Shown here: piece after piece, positions 60,030 through 64,000 of the stretch
Layout of the letters: every line of letters starts with the position of its first letter
Numbering within the stretch: position 1 is the first letter of the stretch
Origin: an uncultured virus (IMG/VR IMGVR_UViG_3300025141_012032)
Lineage: Duplodnaviria > Heunggongvirae > Uroviricota > Caudoviricetes
Length of the DNA: 64,000 bases
Virus record (IMG/VR): IMGVR_UViG_3300025141_012032
Direction: 5' to 3' (one strand)
Notes under the pieces: model-generated
Seen by the model: the letters and a program-made list of their open reading frames with translations, nothing else
Told to the model about the DNA's origin: nothing
Databases searched by the model: none
Made by a program: the position numbers and the translations under genes

Positions 60030-61495
60030 TGGCTAAGTTTTTAAATAAAAAAGAAAGAGTATATGATCTTCAGCTGACTTCCTATGGAAAATATTTAATG
60101 GGGATTGGCAAATTTAAACCAACATATTATCAATTTTTTGATGATAATATTTTGTATGATGCTCGATATGCCATGTATACTGGTTCGAATGCTCCCGAGA
60201 AATCTAGAGTTGAATTAATGCTTCGAGAAAATCAAAACGAAGTTCACAAGAGAATAAAAGAAGAAACTCAATACCTTGAATCGCTTGTTGTATTCGAGGA
60301 CGTTGAAAACAATATTTCAAAAATATCAGAAGATAATGTTTTTGAAACAGATATAACGGCCACAATGAGAGAAGGCAGACTTGATATGTTCAGAATAGAT
60401 GAAGGAATTGGCGATGCGTATTTAAATGCAGGATCCGATGCGGCACCAGCTTGGAAAATAGTAACACTACAAGGAAATATAAATTCTTCTGCTTACGTCG
60501 ATGATCGGCTTGATAACAACGTACCACAGATCAATATTGAATTGCTGTATAAAAAGAAAACTGAAAGATATGGAATAATCCGCTCACCCCACACAATGCA
60601 GGAGATAACAGACGCAACACCGAGTTTTGCCGATGGCCACCTGATAAGACTAGAATCCGACGATGCATTAATATATGTAGAAGAAGTAAACACAGAGCTT
60701 TTGACTCAAAACTTTGATATTGAGGTGTTTGACAGGACGTTCTCGGCGCCCACACACCCAAGCGCATCTATAACGTTAAATTTACAACCAGCAGCAGATG
60801 ATTATATAATGTTGGTAACATCAAATGAAAACTATAGATCTGGCGACAATTACAAATACGTATTTAAATCTTCAGATACTTCTGATGCCCGCTCGGCCAG
60901 ATATGTTACAATAGGAGCAGATGCTTCAGCAACTGCAGAAGCGTTATTTAATAAAATAGAATTAAGCCTTGCCGGCGAACTTGGAGGCACTGCAGGAAAA
61001 GATCAGTCTTTTCATAATGTAACATACGATGGGGATGCTACAATAAGTTTAACTCTTAATAATGCTGGTAGCATATATAATTTTAATTTAAATTATATCG
61101 AGCTTGGATCTTCGGTCTCCTTGGCATCTGAAGCGACAGCAGGAACTTTTACAATAGGCGGTTGGTCTGGAGGAAAAGATAAGTCCGAGACTCTTGAGAA
61201 GAAATTTTTTAGAAAGCAGCCGACACAAGTTGTAAATGGCTTTATGATTGCTGACCGACCGATAATGGCGCCAGCAAGACCCTCAGATACTGGCAGCGTG
61301 GAATATTATTTTAATTTATTGACTGACAGACAAATTGATCAAGAAACAGCATGCCGCGGCGCTAGTATCTTCAACAGACAGTCTTATTATGTAGATCTAG
61401 ATTTTCATTGTAGCAATGCAATTCAAACTGAAACTGGTGTAAAATACTATGATATTTATGGAGCAGTTACGGAGCCAGAAATATGTCAAGATTAA
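60029..61495 (+). CDS. Virion structural protein
   Basis: N-terminal DLQLTSYGK..M..G.F.P.YYQFFDDNILYD. Tail-module context. Confidence 0.7.
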   Translation: MAKFLNKKERVYDLQLTSYGKYLMGIGKFKPTYYQFFDDNILYDARYAMYTGSNAPEKSRVELMLRENQNEVHKRIKEETQYLESLVVFEDVENNISKISEDNVFETDITATMREGRLDMFRIDEGIGDAYLNAGSDAAPAWKIVTLQGNINSSAYVDDRLDNNVPQINIELLYKKKTERYGIIRSPHTMQEITDATPSFADGHLIRLESDDALIYVEEVNTELLTQNFDIEVFDRTFSAPTHPSASITLNLQPAADDYIMLVTSNENYRSGDNYKYVFKSSDTSDARSARYVTIGADASATAEALFNKIELSLAGELGGTAGKDQSFHNVTYDGDATISLTLNNAGSIYNFNLNYIELGSSVSLASEATAGTFTIGGWSGGKDKSETLEKKFFRKQPTQVVNGFMIADRPIMAPARPSDTGSVEYYFNLLTDRQIDQETACRGASIFNRQSYYVDLDFHCSNAIQTETGVKYYDIYGAVTEPEICQD

Positions 61496-64000
61496 TTTTT
61501 AAAGGAGATTTGGATTTAAACTTTGGACAATATTATCCGACTCCTTATATTGATAAAATTTATGTAGTAGCAAACGAAACTCATGCTTGGGATTCTAACA
61601 TCACAGAGGGCATTAGATTTGATTTGTCGATTTTCCTACCAGAGTGGGATAAAGCAAGCCCAGCTGAACAAAAGCAAGAAATTAATAATTTATATGTATT
61701 TGCCGGATTTGTGATAGGAGATGATGTATCGAAGCTTGTTAATTCAGAAACAAGCATTGCCGATATGTTTAGAGAGTTTCCGACCCCGACGTCGGCCGAT
61801 TCCGCCACTACTTTCGCTGACTCTCGGGCGTCGGTACCGACAGGATTTTGGTTTGACAATTGTCCGGATGGAATGTGTGATTCTGCTTACGCTATACGCA
61901 CCAAAGGCCAAGCAGAATACGATATGTGGAGTGGTGCTCAGTCTATTGCATATAATGCGTATTGTTATACAAATATTATAAGCCTTAGAGTTAGCGATTT
62001 TGTTGGAAGCGATTCTGAGAATCCTGACCATGGAGATGAATCATATTACGATGAGGATAACGAGATCCAATATTATAGATATAATGTCAGCGTAACTATT
62101 CCTATGGCTGGAGATTATTATACTTGGGAAGAACTTTTATCGGCTGCATATGTTTCTGACGATGGTACCGATGATCAAAGACAGGTTGCAGCATTTACTT
62201 TTTCTAGTGTAAGCGATCTAATGGATCTTAAAACCACAACAAGTACGGACTATGGTAGAGTATATTCAGATCCGTGGGCTCATTTTAAATCAAGAGCACT
62301 TGGAGAAGTGGCGTATGAGGAAGTTTTTAGAAACGGAAGCTTATTGACAGATCCGCAGCCAATTTATGTTGATACAACTGGCACATATTATAATGGTGTG
62401 CCGATGTATTCTTTAGGCGGCACTCTTCATAAACACGATCAACAATCTAGCTTCGCCGGCGCGCTATTATCTATTTTCGGCGCCACTACTGACTCAGAGA
62501 TTACAGACGAAATGTCAGATTTTGCAGCTAGTGTAATTAGTATGACTTCTGAGTACAAGCATAGTCCAAAATTATTGCTGCAAGCAAATAAGTTAAAAGC
62601 AGCATTTCCAGATAAAAATTTAGCTGGCAGTGTGGGGGCTCAATACCAAAGATTTAAAAGTCTCATAGCTCAAGAGAACGCTGCTACAAAAATGAATCAG
62701 GTTGTTACAATAAAGCTTATTAGAAACAACAAACTTGTTGATTTGCGCGGCGCCGTACCTGTTGGGGATTTTGTTAGGGAAGAACCACAAGAAGAACAAT
62801 GTGACGACGATGACGATTGGACACACACCCGCCTGCCCGGCGATGACGCCGGTACCGCCTCCGCGTCGAACCTGTGGAGAATTACGCGCTATAGATATTC
62901 TCAAGATGTGAATGAAGATCCATCTGAGTATTTGGTGTGGGACCGCGGCGAAACGCTTTGTAATTATGGCGTTCTTTTCTTTGACTATGAAAAGGCTTTA
63001 AGAAATGATACGTATGTCTCAAGATTATTCGATATAGATAAATTAGAGCACTGGTTCGGCAAGGAGTTTACTCAGGGCGCCTTGAGATTCAAGCAGACAA
63101 CTTTAGATAGACATCTCGGTGACTCCACCGACAACAAACACATGTCTATCGTTACTAATTATACTTATGAAGCCTTCGAACATACTCCAATATCTAACAT
63201 GTTCCACTATCACGATAGTCTTCTTGGTGAATGCTACCCGCAGATAGAAATAGGGATGAATGGCACTACCGATTATTCATATTGCATATTAAGAAATTTT
63301 GTTGATAATTATCGAGATTACGAACTAGAATCGTTTACAACATCGGGTTATAGGCTAGCCGCCTTTCAATTTCAAGATTATCTATCTTCTTATTATGGCG
63401 CCGGTGTAGATCCCGATTCGGATGTGTCCAGCGTTGCCGATGAAAACTATAGGTTCTACGTAACTTTATACGACTATACCTATATTTTGCTGGAGTACCT
63501 CGCGGCCAATCTTAAAACAGAGATGGCAAATTTTCTTGCATACTATGAAATAGCCTCAGAGAATTGTAATTATGATAGCGAAGAATCTACCTTTAATTCT
63601 GCTTTTGTTGAAGGTATTTCGGCCCAATATGAAGATACTCCTGGTTCTGCTCCATATGCTTCGGCGCCTATACTTTATGAACTACACAGAGATATATTAT
63701 TTAATACGCACGGAGGAGGCCAAGAAGCTTTATTGGAAAAGGCAGCTCACCACACGTCCAATTTACATCCTGAAACAGCAACGCTGGCGCATATCGCGGC
63801 CTTTTATGAATTAATGGAAGAATTATATACGCTTTATTATGATCAATCAGAAGGCGAGTTATATGATATATTGGGAGATGATCCAGAAACTCCACGAAAA
63901 TTAGACTATTGTCGCTTATATGCATTGACAGACGGCGCCGGCGACGACTATATCATCGAAGGCGCCGAAAGCAGAGAGGAATACGAAGAAGAATTAGAAA
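61483..64000 (+). CDS. Large acidic hypothetical (probably structural) protein, 3' truncated and missing from the ORF track
   Basis: ATG at 61483 (MSRLIFKGDLDLNFGQYYPTPYIDKI...). Frame 1 reads open in the stretches translated and at the window end (...EEYEEELE). Confidence 0.8.
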   Translation, partial: MSRLIFKGDLDLNFGQYYPTPYIDKIYVVANETHAWDSNITEGIRFDLSIFLPEWDKASPAEQKQEINNLYVFAGFVIGDDVSKLVNSETSIADMFREFPTPTSADSATTFADSRASVPTGFWFDNCPDGMCDSAYAIRTKGQAEYDMWSGAQSIAYNAYCYTNIISLRVSDFVGSDSENPDHGDESYYDEDNEIQYYRYNVSVTIPMAGDYYTWEELLSAAYVSDDGTDDQRQVAAFTFSSVSDLMDLKTTTSTDYGRVYSDPWAHFKSRALGEVAYEEVFRNGSLLTDPQPIYVDTTGTYYNGVPMYSLGGTLHKHDQQSSFAGALLSIFGATTDSEITDEMSDFAASVISMTSEYKHSPKLLLQANKLKAAFPDKNLAGSVGAQYQRFKSLIAQENAATKMNQVVTIKLIRNNKLVDLRGAVPVGDFVREEPQEEQCDDDDDWTHTRLPGDDAGTASASNLWRITRYRYSQDVNEDPSEYLVWDRGETLCNYGVLFFDYEKALRNDTYVSRLFDIDKLEHWFGKEFTQGALRFKQTTLDRHLGDSTDNKHMSIVTNYTYEAFEHTPISNMFHYHDSLLGECYPQIEIGMNGTTDYSYCILRNFVDNYRDYELESFTTSGYRLAAFQFQDYLSSYYGAGVDPDSDVSSVADENYRFYVTLYDYTYILLEYLAANLKTEMANFLAYYEIASENCNYDSEESTFNSAFVEGISAQYEDTPGSAPYASAPILYELHRDILFNTHGGGQEALLEKAAHHTSNLHPETATLAHIAAFYELMEELYTLYYDQSEGELYDILGDDPETPRKLDYCRLYALTDGAGDDYIIEGAESREEYEEELE

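Noticed and set aside
1..64000. Alternative genetic code / stop-codon reassignment
   Set aside because: The standard code gives near-complete coding density with very long ORFs. TAA, TAG and TGA all terminate genes at coupled junctions.
1..64000. tRNA, rRNA, introns, inteins, transposases
   Set aside because: There is almost no intergenic room, and no characteristic motifs were recognised by eye. A covariance/HMM search was not possible.

Overview
The window looks like a fragment of a large, AT-rich (by eye about 35-37% GC) uncultivated tailed phage, probably a myovirus-type or jumbo phage. All credible genes are on the + strand, densely packed with ATGA/TAATG overlaps, and read well in the standard genetic code. 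(1) 1-3615: nucleotide and auxiliary genes (thymidine kinase end, PIN-PhoH, HEXXH zincin, PD-(D/E)XK nuclease behind a strong sigma70 promoter). (2) 3623-32575: an uninterrupted ~29-kb glycan-biosynthesis island of about 30 genes. It holds GT4/GT2/GT11/GT-D-like transferases, FkbM/DUF268 methyltransferases, NDP-sugar epimerases, Fcl, a His-type ColD/RfbH-like enzyme, a TPP E1 alpha/beta pair, a B12 radical SAM, split HldE heptose enzymes and RmlB. I saw no flippase or polymerase. (3) 32590-64000: a gp55-like late sigma factor, then a tail/baseplate module (duplicated hub-like genes with different wall-hydrolase C-termini, gp25- and gp6-like wedges, giant 2171-aa and 3624-aa virion proteins). 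Leading hypothesis, which is inference: a phage-encoded virion glycosylation system, with a strongly recurrent [S/T]-G-S motif in some structural proteins as candidate acceptor. Also notable: window-wide over-representation of GGCGCC/GCCGGC, a swappable hydrolase cassette locus, and nested domain insertions in the giant LamG protein. All family calls come from motif recognition by eye, not database searches, and all counts are manual.
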